From positions 1-25,767 of IMG/VR virus record IMGVR_UViG_3300049492_000010: 25,767 bases of DNA; one strand, written 5' to 3'. Below, in pieces: positions 6,895-16,761 of this stretch. Source of the DNA: a virus. Taxonomy: Duplodnaviria > Caudoviricetes. Numbering within the stretch: the stretch's first letter is position 1; the number at the start of each line of letters is the position of its first letter. A program made the translations under genes and the position numbers. A model generated the notes under the pieces. The model had not been told where the DNA came from. It was given only the letters and a program-made list of their open reading frames with translations, and did not search any database.

Positions 6895-8345
6895 CAGCCC
6901 TGCCTCTGTCCCTGTCCGGGGGGTGACTGCCCAAGGGTCAGGTATGCATTCGTCAAGCGGTAGTTGGCCTGGTCGCTCATGACGACCTCGAACACACGGC
7001 GGCGCCCTGTTCCCAACCGGTGCCACTCAACCCGAGTGTCATAGGCTCCGACCGCTCCCGCGCTACGCCACTGTTCCGAGCTCCACGTCCGACCCCCGTC
7101 ATCCGAGAAACGCATCATGACCTGCGGATCAGGAGCATCCGCGTTACCGATTCCGGGCTGTAGATCCAACTCGAACTTGGAGTAGAACACCCGCTCGTTC
7201 TCGGCCATGAGTGCCGGCGCCCTCCGAACCCTTCGGATAGGACGGTCCTCCACATCCAGCCCGTGAGCGTTGCTCATCTCATAGATAGACCCATTCTCCG
7301 AGTCGAGCATCCGGTGCTGATTGTGAGCGAACGCATGCCACCGAGGGCGCCAGGACGTGTACTCTCCATCCTCTGCAATCCACGTCCCACGCTTGGCCCA
7401 CAGTTGAGTCTCTGAGTCCCAAGCCCAGGTAACTCCCTCGGTCGGAAAGGTCAGGAGGTAGAAGTTGTGCCCACGATCTGAATAGCTATCGCCCTGAGCG
7501 TCCTCGATGGTCGAGTAGTCGCTGATCTGGTTTTGCAAGGCATAGGTCGAGATGACTTCGGGAGTGAACCCAGACGTGCGGAGAACGCTCGCCCGTCCTT
7601 CCCTAGAACCGGAAACCCACAGAAGGTCTTTCCCGAGCCGGGCTGCGGAGAACTGAGACGCAATCCCGTACTCCAGGACCCCGGACGGATGAAGCGCGAA
7701 CGGAAACGAAGCCGCGTTGTTGTACCAGATCTCCGAAGTCTGCTCCCCGAAGAGGTAGATGTACCGTCCCGATACCTTCATGGCGAGCCACGGATCAGGA
7801 CGCGCCGACCGTTGAGCGAAGTCCGTCCCCGTCGTCCAGGTCAACCCGTCTAGCAGGTTGGAGATGTAGAAGGTAGACGTAGCCGAATCCAGAGCGATGA
7901 AGTACCCGTCTAGCTGGTCCCCCATTGTGGCCTTGCCGTTGAGGGCCGCAACCTGCGTCAACGTGTTCGTCCCGAGGTCGAAGTTGTACCCGTTCGTCCC
8001 CGAGGTGATGAACAGTTGACCCCCGCCATCGCCATTGCTTGAGATGGTCGCGGGATTCGAGTCGATAGCAACCGTCCCGCGGAGGGTCGGGGCGCCGTTC
8101 ACGTCGATCTCATAGAACCCCGTACCAGAGACGGCGAACTCCCTGCCCGCCATGTAGAAGTGCGCTCGGCCCGGTCCAATCCCTGCCGTGTCCAGCAGGC
8201 TCACTCCTGGGGTTGGGTAGAGCGCCGCTTCGGTGGTAGCGCCCTGGGACTCCATCCGCTCTACGTAGAAGTTGATCAGGTCTTCCTGATCTGCGGTCAG
8301 GGCTTGGGAGATGTAACTCGGACCAACGAAGCCATCATAGAGCAT
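6894..8345 (-). CDS. Packaged-DNA stabilization protein, P22 gp10-like tail hub
   Basis: 483 aa; LYPTPG near the N-terminus, DGYFI, LFGEQTSEIWYN, DPQVMMRFSDDGGRTWS, WHRLG..RRRVFEV; synteny after gp4. Confidence 0.9.
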   Translation of the reverse strand: MLYDGFVGPSYISQALTADQEDLINFYVERMESQGATTEAALYPTPGVSLLDTAGIGPGRAHFYMAGREFAVSGTGFYEIDVNGAPTLRGTVAIDSNPATISSNGDGGGQLFITSGTNGYNFDLGTNTLTQVAALNGKATMGDQLDGYFIALDSATSTFYISNLLDGLTWTTGTDFAQRSARPDPWLAMKVSGRYIYLFGEQTSEIWYNNAASFPFALHPSGVLEYGIASQFSAARLGKDLLWVSGSREGRASVLRTSGFTPEVISTYALQNQISDYSTIEDAQGDSYSDRGHNFYLLTFPTEGVTWAWDSETQLWAKRGTWIAEDGEYTSWRPRWHAFAHNQHRMLDSENGSIYEMSNAHGLDVEDRPIRRVRRAPALMAENERVFYSKFELDLQPGIGNADAPDPQVMMRFSDDGGRTWSSEQWRSAGAVGAYDTRVEWHRLGTGRRRVFEVVMSDQANYRLTNAYLTLGQSPPGQGQRQG

Positions 8346-8346
8346 C

Positions 8347-9066
8347 TCAAGGCCCGGTGTTTATGTTGTACCAGGGCTGGTAAGCGCCCACGAGTGCCGC
8401 GGCCTCGAATGACATGTCCAAGAGCCGTATGTTGGAACGCTTGACGGTTTCCTTGGCGTCTACCGCCTGCTTGAACATCACTTGATCTACCTGCCGGGAA
8501 TAGGACGGAGCGAGCTCCACGGCGAGATTCTTGACGATCATCCGCTCCCACCCTGGCGGAAGGCTGATGCTCGTGGCTAGACTGGCGATCTGAGCCACCG
8601 CTGCCGGGGCGTACAAAACCCCCTGAAGCGTGGTCAGGGTGGGAACCGGCCACAGGTCCAACGTCCCTAGCGGATAGGTCGGGTTGTAGTACCACGCCGT
8701 AGGCATCGGAGACGTGAGAGCCTTCTGTGGGATCTTGCTCCAAGCATCGTCAGTCAACGGCTGGAGCTGATACTCGGTGTCCGGATCTGTGGACGTGTCC
8801 TGAAAGTTGACATGATCCACATAGACGGGCCGCGCTACGCTGACGTTTCCTCCCGTCCCTACGGTGTAGTTCCCGTCGTTCGCGCTGATCGTCCAGGTCG
8901 TCCGGGTAATCGTGTAGATTTGCAGACGCTCTGCTGCCCACGAGTCTACTAACCGATTGAGAGTGGTGAGCCCGTCCGCAGCATCCGCCGCAGGAGCAGT
9001 CTCACCACCCGCCAAGACGTTCAGTTCGCGGAGAGCCGCCGCGATCAGATCGAGCGCGGTCGCCAC
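8347..9066 (-). CDS. Head-to-tail adaptor, P22 gp4-like
   Basis: TALDLIAAALRELNVLAGGE...LNRLVDSW and LPPGW...NLAVELAPSY signatures. Confidence 0.85.
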   Translation of the reverse strand: MATALDLIAAALRELNVLAGGETAPAADAADGLTTLNRLVDSWAAERLQIYTITRTTWTISANDGNYTVGTGGNVSVARPVYVDHVNFQDTSTDPDTEYQLQPLTDDAWSKIPQKALTSPMPTAWYYNPTYPLGTLDLWPVPTLTTLQGVLYAPAAVAQIASLATSISLPPGWERMIVKNLAVELAPSYSRQVDQVMFKQAVDAKETVKRSNIRLLDMSFEAAALVGAYQPWYNINTGP

Positions 9067-9069
9067 GGG

Positions 9070-9540
9070 TTACGCCGCCGCGTTCTTGGGTGGACGGCCT
9101 CGCCGCTTCTTGGGCTGCTCGGGAACCTCGGCCACGTGCTCAAAGCTCTCCGCTTCGGCCGCTTTGACCTCTTCCTTGGCCTTCTCGCCCATGTTCCGGT
9201 CATCGTGGGCCCGGTGAGCGGCTTCCTTCGCCAGCTTGTCCTCGCGCTGCTCGGCATACTCCACGGCCTCGCCCTGGGAGTCTCGCCAGCCGTTTTCCTT
9301 GGCCCGGGTGTACTCGAACTCATCCTTGACGATCTGCTGACAGGCGCTTGAAAACTGCTCAGCAGCCCCAGGCTTACCCCCGAGCTCGGAATCGTCACCA
9401 ATTCCGGCTGAGTATTTGCCGTTGGGCATGCGCTTCGCCCGATACACCATCTTCGGGAACATCTCGAAGCGATAGGGCTTGTTCCACCGGGCAAGCTCCT
9501 TGCCCATCTCCGTTTCGGGCGCGTACTGGACGTAAGCCAT
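9070..9540 (-). CDS. Phage protein with C-terminal AT-hook-like tail
   Basis: FPKMVY...GW..S core and KKRRGRPPK tail; strong AGGAGG RBS. Confidence 0.75.
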   Translation of the reverse strand: MAYVQYAPETEMGKELARWNKPYRFEMFPKMVYRAKRMPNGKYSAGIGDDSELGGKPGAAEQFSSACQQIVKDEFEYTRAKENGWRDSQGEAVEYAEQREDKLAKEAAHRAHDDRNMGEKAKEEVKAAEAESFEHVAEVPEQPKKRRGRPPKNAAA

Positions 9541-9548
9541 CTTTCCTC

Positions 9549-10004
9549 CTACGTGCTAGCGGTCGGGTCCTGGGTCGTGGTCCTGACGCCCAACGCGCCA
9601 ACACCGTAAGTCGTCGTGACCTTCTGCCACCACCGAACCGCGGTACCGTCCGGCTGTGCATCGCCCTGAGCCAGCCAGACATCTCCGGTCAAGACGTTGA
9701 TGTACGGGGAAACGGAAATGGCGTCGAATGGTCGGCCTACCGGGTCAATCGAGTAGAACTGATCCCCTCGGCCAATGGTCACGGTTGAAAGCGAGCTATG
9801 GGCCTGGGCGGACGTGCCGTCCACGCCACGAAGCACATTTACCCACGGCGAAACGCCGAGACTGACGACCGTCATCAGTTCCCGGTCAATCCACAGCCTG
9901 GTCCCCGGGAACATCCCCGAGGTGGATTCGACCTTGATCTGGGAGTCCGACGCCCCAGCCGTTTGCTGGAGCGTCGTCGTGCTTAACGTCACCGTCGCGG
10001 GCAT
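9549..10004 (-). CDS. Accessory virion/decoration-like protein (paralog of 10753..11385 N-domain)
   Basis: TTL...D..I.V.S...G....ID.E.M...NVLRG.DG...AH motif shared with the 210-aa protein. Confidence 0.7.
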   Translation of the reverse strand: MPATVTLSTTTLQQTAGASDSQIKVESTSGMFPGTRLWIDRELMTVVSLGVSPWVNVLRGVDGTSAQAHSSLSTVTIGRGDQFYSIDPVGRPFDAISVSPYINVLTGDVWLAQGDAQPDGTAVRWWQKVTTTYGVGALGVRTTTQDPTAST

Positions 10005-10736
10005 TTACCGCTCGACCCAGCCGACGGTGTACTCGAACGAGTGAGCGCCGGACTGCGAAGCGCCCCACTGAACCAGCTTGAAGTTGCCGCCGGGCAGAAT
10101 GACTGCCGGGGGCATGTGGACGTACAGGCCCACAACCGCCGTGCCGGCCATCGTGATACCACCCGTAGGCGGACCGTAACCAGCGCCGCCGAAGCCGAAC
10201 ATGTACTGATCTTCGACCACGGCAACCACCGAACGGACCCGCTGATGGTCGATCCGCTTCTCCGTCGCGGCCGCTGTCGCCACCACCGCACCGAACGACA
10301 CGATAGCGCCGGTCGTGAGTGGCTGATCGCCGCGACAGTTGACCGACGTGGCCACGGTTCCGCCCGAGGTCTTCACGGTCGAACCGTTGTTATCGATCCA
10401 GGCAGTGAAGTCCGTGGTGGACGCACCGGCCCCGATAGCGGTCATGCGAATCCGCACGAAGTCGATAGCGATACGACGGGTGGAACTGCCGTTGAAGATG
10501 TGCAGCAATGGCTTGGTGGAGAGGTCGGCCTGGACCGGAGCGGGGTGACCGGCGATACCCGTACCGTCGGTCACGTTGTAGGTGACGAAGTACGAGCCCT
10601 CGTCGGCGTAAGCGGTCTGCTTGCCGCCTCCGAGTGGAGTGGTGAAGGCCCCGAGGTACTGATCCGTCCGCGACGGAGTAGTAGCAACGGACGTATTGTC
10701 GGCCTGGACGGTCGAGGGAAGGTTCCTCTGAATCAT
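10005..10736 (-). CDS. Putative accessory virion protein, beta-rich (243 aa)
   Basis: AAGGAG RBS; Thr/Gly/Val-rich; located between coat and adaptor. Confidence 0.65.
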   Translation of the reverse strand: MIQRNLPSTVQADNTSVATTPSRTDQYLGAFTTPLGGGKQTAYADEGSYFVTYNVTDGTGIAGHPAPVQADLSTKPLLHIFNGSSTRRIAIDFVRIRMTAIGAGASTTDFTAWIDNNGSTVKTSGGTVATSVNCRGDQPLTTGAIVSFGAVVATAAATEKRIDHQRVRSVVAVVEDQYMFGFGGAGYGPPTGGITMAGTAVVGLYVHMPPAVILPGGNFKLVQWGASQSGAHSFEYTVGWVER

Positions 10737-10752
10737 GGGATGTTCTCCTTAC

Positions 10753-11385
10753 CTAGCTGATCGTCCCGGTCACGTTGGTGACCGTGCCGGCAATGGGGAT
10801 CTGAGCGTAGGCCGTCCACAGCGCATTGCAGGCTACGACCTTGAACGCGATGGGAGCGGTAGCGTTGACCGTCACCACGTCGTACGAACCACCCGCACCG
10901 GACAGACCGCCCGTGAAGGTGAGAACGTGCGCCGCGGCACCGTTGCCGACGATGCTCAACTCGCAACCGTCCATGTCCACGGTGGGCACGGGGACGGTCA
11001 GGGTGATAACGCTCGTACCGTTCAGGATGACCATGAGGTCCTGACCGGCCGGGGGCAGGGTGAGCGTCCCGGTTGCCGTGATGCTGACAACCTGACGAAC
11101 GCGAGGAGCTGGGTAGCTCACCGCCGTCTGCACCGGAGCATTGTCGAAGTCCGACGCCAGACCGTGAACCACGCCAGCCGAAGCGACATGCGCGACCTGC
11201 GCCGATCCGTCCCGACCACGAAGGACGTTTGCAGTTGTCCCAGACACGTAGTCCTGGGCGATCTGCATCATCTCGTCGTCGATCCGAACCAGCCGACCGG
11301 CAGCCAACGAAGTGGCCGAAGCCACGACAATGGACTTGTCGATCTGCGTGCAGGCCGAAGAGAGGGTAGTGCGTGCGAGTGCCAT
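10753..11385 (-). CDS. Accessory virion/decoration-like protein (210 aa, two domains)
   Basis: Immediately after the coat with an AGGAGG RBS. Has an RG.DG...AH N-domain and a TLTLPPAG...LTVPVP beta-sandwich-like C-domain. Confidence 0.7.
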   Translation of the reverse strand: MALARTTLSSACTQIDKSIVVASATSLAAGRLVRIDDEMMQIAQDYVSGTTANVLRGRDGSAQVAHVASAGVVHGLASDFDNAPVQTAVSYPAPRVRQVVSITATGTLTLPPAGQDLMVILNGTSVITLTVPVPTVDMDGCELSIVGNGAAAHVLTFTGGLSGAGGSYDVVTVNATAPIAFKVVACNALWTAYAQIPIAGTVTNVTGTIS

Positions 11386-11394
11386 GGAAGCCTC

Positions 11395-12627
11395 CTACCC
11401 AACCACTCGGCAAGCCAGGCGGGCCTGCAGGGTAGCTGCACCGATCAGGATATCCAGTCGGCTAGGATTCTGGTCCGTCCCGATCATGTACTGCTCCACC
11501 ATGCGGATGGAGATGTTGAACTGCTTGGAACTGACCACCGTCGCTGTCGCGCCGGCCGTGGGCTTGACCAGGTCGGCCATGACGAACGCGAAAGCGTCAG
11601 GATGGGCCACGATGCTCTGAGGGCTAGCGGTGGCGGTCAGAGCAGCGGCAGCAGCGGTGGACCAAACAGTGATTGCCGCCGCATTGGCGGGCGAAGCGCT
11701 CACGGTCTGGAGCTGACCAGAAGTGATGATGCTCGGGGAGATGGGAATGGTCATGGCGCCCGCGGTGTCCGAAGTCGTCGCGGTGACTACGAACTGCTGG
11801 AGCCGACCCGTGGACACGTAGCTCAGTGGATTGACGGAGTAGACCCCGGCAATCGTGAACACGTCTCCCTTGTTGAGCGTGGTAGCGCCGGCCGCCCATG
11901 CCTGGGTGACCAGGGAGGCGCCGGTCTGGGATGCACCGTTGACGGTCGGAGACGCAGCGGTGAAAGACCCCGTGGTGTGGGTGGAGCGGTTGGAGTCCTG
12001 ATACCACTCACTGATCCCGAGTTGGTTCCGCCCGAACATCCCCGACTTATAGTTTTCGGAGATGGTGGCAGAAGGGTTGAACAGGGTGCTGGAAGCCTGG
12101 GCGATGGTAGCCATCGCCATCGTATCCAGAACCGCCACTCTCCCGCTCAGCGGAGTAGAACCGTCCGACAGCTTCACACCGGCCTGAAGGTAGGTCAGGG
12201 TAGAGCTAGGAGTGGTCCCAGGGGTTCCCACGGAGTTCCACACATCGCGGTAGACCTGCTCGTAGGCCAGAACGTCCGCCGCGTTGGCCAACGCATCCGC
12301 ACCGGGCTTGACGTACCGAGCCTTGGCATCGTCAATCTCGGTGGTCGCCTGAGCCGAGGACCACGAGAAAGCAACGCCCTTCTGGTTGGTCAGGGTGATC
12401 GGGACGGTCTGATCGTAGATGTTCTGAAGCTGGAGAGCCTGCCCATCCGTAGGAACGAACCGCTGGGGAAGCCGAGCGTTGACGGTATTGCCTACCTTGG
12501 CGCCGGCCTGGACGTACTGGTCATCGTAGGTACGGTTGCAGCAAGCACCTACGAACTTGACTTCATTGATGAAGCCTCGGGCCACTTCCTTGGTGACCCA
12601 AGAGCTCGTGACGAGCGTATTCGCCAT
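11395..12627 (-). CDS. Major capsid protein, P22 gp5-like
   Basis: MANTL, NRTYDDQY...GAKVGNTVNARLP, insertion-domain KGDVFTIAGVYSVNP...LQQFVV, HPDAFAFVMADL, RLDILIG. Confidence 0.93.
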   Translation of the reverse strand: MANTLVTSSWVTKEVARGFINEVKFVGACCNRTYDDQYVQAGAKVGNTVNARLPQRFVPTDGQALQLQNIYDQTVPITLTNQKGVAFSWSSAQATTEIDDAKARYVKPGADALANAADVLAYEQVYRDVWNSVGTPGTTPSSTLTYLQAGVKLSDGSTPLSGRVAVLDTMAMATIAQASSTLFNPSATISENYKSGMFGRNQLGISEWYQDSNRSTHTTGSFTAASPTVNGASQTGASLVTQAWAAGATTLNKGDVFTIAGVYSVNPLSYVSTGRLQQFVVTATTSDTAGAMTIPISPSIITSGQLQTVSASPANAAAITVWSTAAAAALTATASPQSIVAHPDAFAFVMADLVKPTAGATATVVSSKQFNISIRMVEQYMIGTDQNPSRLDILIGAATLQARLACRVVG

Positions 12628-12639
12628 TGCGAGGAGTCC

Positions 12640-13701
12640 TCACCGTCGTGCCGCCCGTTGTTTGTCCCGAGCGTTCTCTCGGCGGACGTAATCATCAAAG
12701 TTGATGTTTTCGTCGTCCGATTCGACGGCAGTAGGCGCACCCGTCACTGGCCGGATGGGTGGATTCGCCTTACTAGACGTAGGCTTCGAGCTGACGCCAG
12801 CGGTAGCAGCTTCTAGCCGTGCTTCGAGTTTCGCGATCTCTCGGGCAATCGCCCGAGAGTTTGGCAGCGCCGCGATGCGCTGAAAATCGTCAAAATGCTC
12901 TGTGAAGTGCAGCATCAAGCCTGGTCCCTGATCAGAGGCTAGCATCTCATCCGCAATGACGTTGACCGCCTGCGGAGACTGCCCAGGATCGAGCGAAAGG
13001 GACGGCTGAAGATCCCACAATTCCGGCGCAATTCGGTCTCGGAAGGTCGGATCTGATTCTGTGACCTTGTTGACTCGCTCAGTGAACTTGCTGATTGTGG
13101 CCTCGACCCCGCGTGACCACTGATTGGCACGTTCCCGGGCTTGATCGAGGCGCCGCTCCTCGGCGTATGCCTGGCGCGCTACGTACTTGGCTGCGGCCTT
13201 GACATATTCCGCGTAGTTCTCAAAGTCCGCTTCCTGGGGTTCTTTGTCCTCCGCAGGCTTGGCTTCTTTGGCTGGCGCCGCCTCGGGCTGCTTGACCAGG
13301 GAAGCTAGGCGCTCTCGTTCTGCCCGCTCTGCCGCGAGCTGCCGCTTGAGTTCTGCTGCCTCCCTCGTGGCTTCGAGCATTCGGGCGCGAGGATCATTCC
13401 GAGGCTTTCCGAGAGGTTTCTCGGGGTCCACGTCTCCACTAGCTTCCCCTTCGGGCTCAACCTCATCACGAGCGTCCACGTCGGGTTTGGCTTCTCGGCG
13501 CTTTTCAGCACTAGCCTTGCCACCCTTCTTTCCGAGCGCAGCCGCAGCTTCGGAAACCTTCTCATCTTCTGACTTTTCGTCTGGTTTAGGCTCAGGAGCG
13601 AGATTCGCCTCCATGGCTTCAGCGGATTGGCCGTTGCCAGAGACGGTAAAGCCCTCGCTTTCGACAGAAACGTATGCCGGGGAGGCTTCCACGGTGGTCA
13701 C
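12640..13701 (-). CDS. Scaffolding protein
   Basis: Acidic/Pro-rich N-terminus, coiled coil, DFENYAEYVKA, GPGLMLHF...AIAREIAKLEA, SKANPPIRPV and C-terminal FDDYVRRE; between portal and coat. Confidence 0.85.
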   Translation of the reverse strand: MTTVEASPAYVSVESEGFTVSGNGQSAEAMEANLAPEPKPDEKSEDEKVSEAAAALGKKGGKASAEKRREAKPDVDARDEVEPEGEASGDVDPEKPLGKPRNDPRARMLEATREAAELKRQLAAERAERERLASLVKQPEAAPAKEAKPAEDKEPQEADFENYAEYVKAAAKYVARQAYAEERRLDQARERANQWSRGVEATISKFTERVNKVTESDPTFRDRIAPELWDLQPSLSLDPGQSPQAVNVIADEMLASDQGPGLMLHFTEHFDDFQRIAALPNSRAIAREIAKLEARLEAATAGVSSKPTSSKANPPIRPVTGAPTAVESDDENINFDDYVRRENARDKQRAARR

Positions 13702-13713
13702 TCTACGCTTTTC

Positions 13714-13923
13714 CTACTTGCCACGCAATAGCCAAGACAACCTCCCCCATAATCCACGTCCGAAGACCAATCCGACCGTTTCCGCCCACTGTTCGAGGGC
13801 TTCCACCCTCTGCCGGGTGATCTGCTCGTTCCTGAGAGCAGCCTCAACCCCTTCCTGAGTGTTAATCCGTCTAAGGGTTTTGTCGGATTGGGTCGAAGAT
13901 CGCTGGAAGTTATCTTGGCTCAT
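13714..13923 (-). CDS. Small hypothetical protein (69 aa), coiled coil plus amphipathic C-terminus
   Basis: Fills the gap between portal and scaffold; start at ATG 13923 overlapping the portal end. Confidence 0.55.
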   Translation of the reverse strand: MSQDNFQRSSTQSDKTLRRINTQEGVEAALRNEQITRQRVEALEQWAETVGLVFGRGLWGRLSWLLRGK

Positions 13924-16075
13924 CCAGTTCCTCAGGATCGTCCATAGGGCGTTCAGGAGGCTCGGGCTGCTCAGCATTCGACTTGCCCGCAGCATTGACC
14001 AGAGCCAACCCCGTCTCATGAGCAGCCTCGAATTGATCCCTAGCGGCCTCGTGCTGCTGGTCGGAACTCCTCCCTGCCGCCTCGGCCTGTTGCTTGATCA
14101 TCTCGATTTGAATGCGGTTCTCTGCATCCAGCCGGGCGATTTCAAGCCTCGTCTCCGCGTCCAGCTTGGCTTTCGCCATGATGGCCTGTTGCTTGGCCTG
14201 GTCTGTCTCGATAGCCTGAGCCGCCGCCTGTAGCTGCTGCTGCATTTCCTGCATCTGCTGCTTCAAGGCTTGGTTTTCCGCCGCTACAGCCTCGGGGTTC
14301 TGTTCCTGCTCATCCTCGCCCGGGTGGGCCTTTTCGTATAGCTTCTTCAACCGGTCCGCTATCTCCGTTGCCCCAGGGAAGTCCCGGAACCGGAAGTAAA
14401 GGTCCCCCAGGATGGGCATGAGGTCCGGAGCGGAGGCAAGGATCTGTCCCATTTCATCGGCGCCCTGCTGTAACCGGGTTTGGAAGCTCTTGCCGATGTC
14501 TACGCTGATCGCATATCCGCCCCTAGTCAGATCGTACTGTTTGACCCCCTGCTGTGGCATCCCAGGCTGTACAGGCTGCGGGCGCCCCGTCTGCTGATCA
14601 CGCACAAACGGCGCGTTGATCATAATGGGGTCGGTCGAGTCGTCGTCCCCCTTCAGGATCGTAGTGATCCGGCCAGGGCGGTCGTAGATCGCCGGCATGA
14701 GGTCCAGCACGATCCGGGCTTCTAGCGGCATGGAGATGTCAGCTAGGCTGCTCAGGAAGTGACTGGTCCCCGCGTCTGACTGTTGCTGAAGAGCGACGAT
14801 GGCCTTGCCCGACTTGTCCCGAGGGTTCTCCCGACCTAGAGAGGGATCGTAGACGCTCGTGGTGGTTTGGATGAACCTATCCGCCTCCTGCATTGCCATC
14901 ATGGAGATGGACATCCCCGACTGATCAATCTGTGCGCGGGCCGGGGCCGCGACCTGCTTATCCCCTATCGTGGTCGGCTTGTACTGGAGATAGGGGAAGT
15001 TGCGGATGTTGGCCTGCTGCCACTCGGCCTCGTGGCCCTCAAACTGACCCTCAGCACCGATAAACGGCGCCTTGGGCTCAAGGCTCATCCGCTCCACGAG
15101 GTTGCTCGCAGCGTAGTTGTAGAACTTCTGCCCATCCTTGGACGGACCGATCATTCCAACCCATCGGCGTTGCGCATCGAAGGGTTGGAGCTCGCGGCCC
15201 AGGACAGGGACGAGTGGGATGTAGTGGCCGTTCCAATCCTGTTCCTCCAGGACTTCGGCGCCGGTCATCTTGGCAACCTTGACCGTGATCCTGTCCCGTT
15301 CCCGCTTGTTCTTCCCATCTGCTGATTTGATCGTCTGGTAATCGTGCTTCTTGTACCAATACTCGGCCACGAGGATGGCCTTATCTTCGCCGTCCACCTT
15401 GACCCACTCTGGAGTCTGCTCAACAAGCGACTCCCACTCCATCGGGTTATCTAGGCTGTCCGTGATCTTGGCGTCAGGAAACTCGCGCTTGAACTTGTCC
15501 GGTGACATCCAGACCGCGACAAAGGCATATTCCCCGTCTGAGAAGTCGGGCTTCTGAGCCGAAGGATCGAAGTATACCGCATCCTGGTGAAGAATTCGCT
15601 CGATGATGATTTCCTGGTCGAACGTCTCAGGATCTGCGTCCTCGTCCCACTTCGTATTGATCCGGTATGCTCCACGGCCGCACTTGGTTGCCCGGTCCAG
15701 AGCCCAAAGCCGGGCCTGGTCCGCGTTGGAGTCCCGCTCGATGCGCCGGTAGAGTCCCTGTCTGATCTCGGCGCCCTCTTTGTCGGCATCCTCGGACACG
15801 GGGTGAATGTTCACCCCAAGCCTTGCCGACCTGGCCTGATTCAGAATCAACTGAATCGGCTGGTCGAGCTTGGAAATGCTCAGCATGGGCCGAGGAGGGA
15901 TAGGCACCCCCCCGATGGTTAGCCCTTGCCGCTGAGCCTTGGCCGCATCGTCCCACTGAAGCTCAGGGACCTGGAACTTGAGATCATCGTTCTCGCGCTG
16001 TCGCTGCCTGGCTTCGGCGTCCTGACACGCCTTGAAGCGTTTCTTGGCTAGATCGAGGATCGGTTCGTCCTTCAT
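13910..16075 (-). CDS. Portal protein, P22 gp1-like
   Basis: 721 aa; DLKF...QW, RPMLSISKL, YFDPSAQKPDFSDGEY, IPLVPVLG, KDGQKFYNY, SGKAI, IYDRP, GKSFQTRLQ, and a Gln-rich barrel coiled coil. Confidence 0.93.
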   Translation of the reverse strand: MKDEPILDLAKKRFKACQDAEARQRQRENDDLKFQVPELQWDDAAKAQRQGLTIGGVPIPPRPMLSISKLDQPIQLILNQARSARLGVNIHPVSEDADKEGAEIRQGLYRRIERDSNADQARLWALDRATKCGRGAYRINTKWDEDADPETFDQEIIIERILHQDAVYFDPSAQKPDFSDGEYAFVAVWMSPDKFKREFPDAKITDSLDNPMEWESLVEQTPEWVKVDGEDKAILVAEYWYKKHDYQTIKSADGKNKRERDRITVKVAKMTGAEVLEEQDWNGHYIPLVPVLGRELQPFDAQRRWVGMIGPSKDGQKFYNYAASNLVERMSLEPKAPFIGAEGQFEGHEAEWQQANIRNFPYLQYKPTTIGDKQVAAPARAQIDQSGMSISMMAMQEADRFIQTTTSVYDPSLGRENPRDKSGKAIVALQQQSDAGTSHFLSSLADISMPLEARIVLDLMPAIYDRPGRITTILKGDDDSTDPIMINAPFVRDQQTGRPQPVQPGMPQQGVKQYDLTRGGYAISVDIGKSFQTRLQQGADEMGQILASAPDLMPILGDLYFRFRDFPGATEIADRLKKLYEKAHPGEDEQEQNPEAVAAENQALKQQMQEMQQQLQAAAQAIETDQAKQQAIMAKAKLDAETRLEIARLDAENRIQIEMIKQQAEAAGRSSDQQHEAARDQFEAAHETGLALVNAAGKSNAEQPEPPERPMDDPEELDEPR

Positions 16076-16761
16076 ACGGTCGCACCGATTCTAACCCCTG
16101 CGGCCTCGGCTTCGGTGTACCACTTGTCCGCCCCAGGACAATCCCGGTAACCCTCGAACCAGGGACCGCCCAAGGTGTAATGCAGAATCCGGGCGTTCGG
16201 GTTGTCCGGATACTCCCCCTGGAGCCAGTTCCACTCCAAGGGCAGGCTACCGATCTCCTCGTCCCGAAGCCACGCGAACCGGTGAAGCTCCAGACCAGTG
16301 GCCCCGTTGACGTAGACGGGAGTCAGGGCCTTGCACCGAGGACCGTTGAACAGCATGAGCGAGGACCAGTTCTTCCGCGGGTAAACCGTCTGAATTTGTC
16401 CATCCATCTTTGTGACAGTACTTGGAGTGTACTGGTGCTGGCAGCAGACCACAGCCTTGTCCGACTCAAACGACATATTGAGCATGAGGTCCGTCATGTC
16501 GGCCAAGCACAGCATGTCGCAGTCCATGAACACCGACCAGCCTTCGTATCCCGTCAGGTACGGCACCAGGAAGCGAGTGAGCGAAAACTCCGTGCTCTCT
16601 GTTTCGCCTCGTGGACGGGCGTAGACCACGTCCAGTTGGTTCCGGACCAAAGGAGTAATAGCTACGGGGCGCCGTGCCCTCGTGATGATGGAATGGCTCA
16701 GGACGTGGAACGCGGCAACCTCGCGAGAATCCCAACCGATAAAGATCCGTAGAGGCATCAT
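16072..16761 (-). CDS. GT-A glycosyltransferase (GT8-like, Cdi-type/phage family)
   Basis: IFIGWDSRE, STEFSLTRFLVPYL, FMDCDML (DxD), YPRKNWSSLMLFN, EWNWL, HYTLGGPWF. Start moved to 16761 (ATGA coupling at both ends). Confidence 0.88.
   Translation of the reverse strand: MMPLRIFIGWDSREVAAFHVLSHSIITRARRPVAITPLVRNQLDVVYARPRGETESTEFSLTRFLVPYLTGYEGWSVFMDCDMLCLADMTDLMLNMSFESDKAVVCCQHQYTPSTVTKMDGQIQTVYPRKNWSSLMLFNGPRCKALTPVYVNGATGLELHRFAWLRDEEIGSLPLEWNWLQGEYPDNPNARILHYTLGGPWFEGYRDCPGADKWYTEAEAAGVRIGATV

Noticed and set aside
12628-12642. GAGGA-C-TCCTC mini-palindrome over the coat RBS
   Set aside because: Only a 4-bp stem with a 3-nt loop is feasible, too weak to call regulatory
10735-12816. 693-aa plus-strand ORF opposite the coat gene
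   Set aside because: Arg/Gly/His-rich shadow frame expected from GC-biased codon usage on the coding strand; no motifs or RBS
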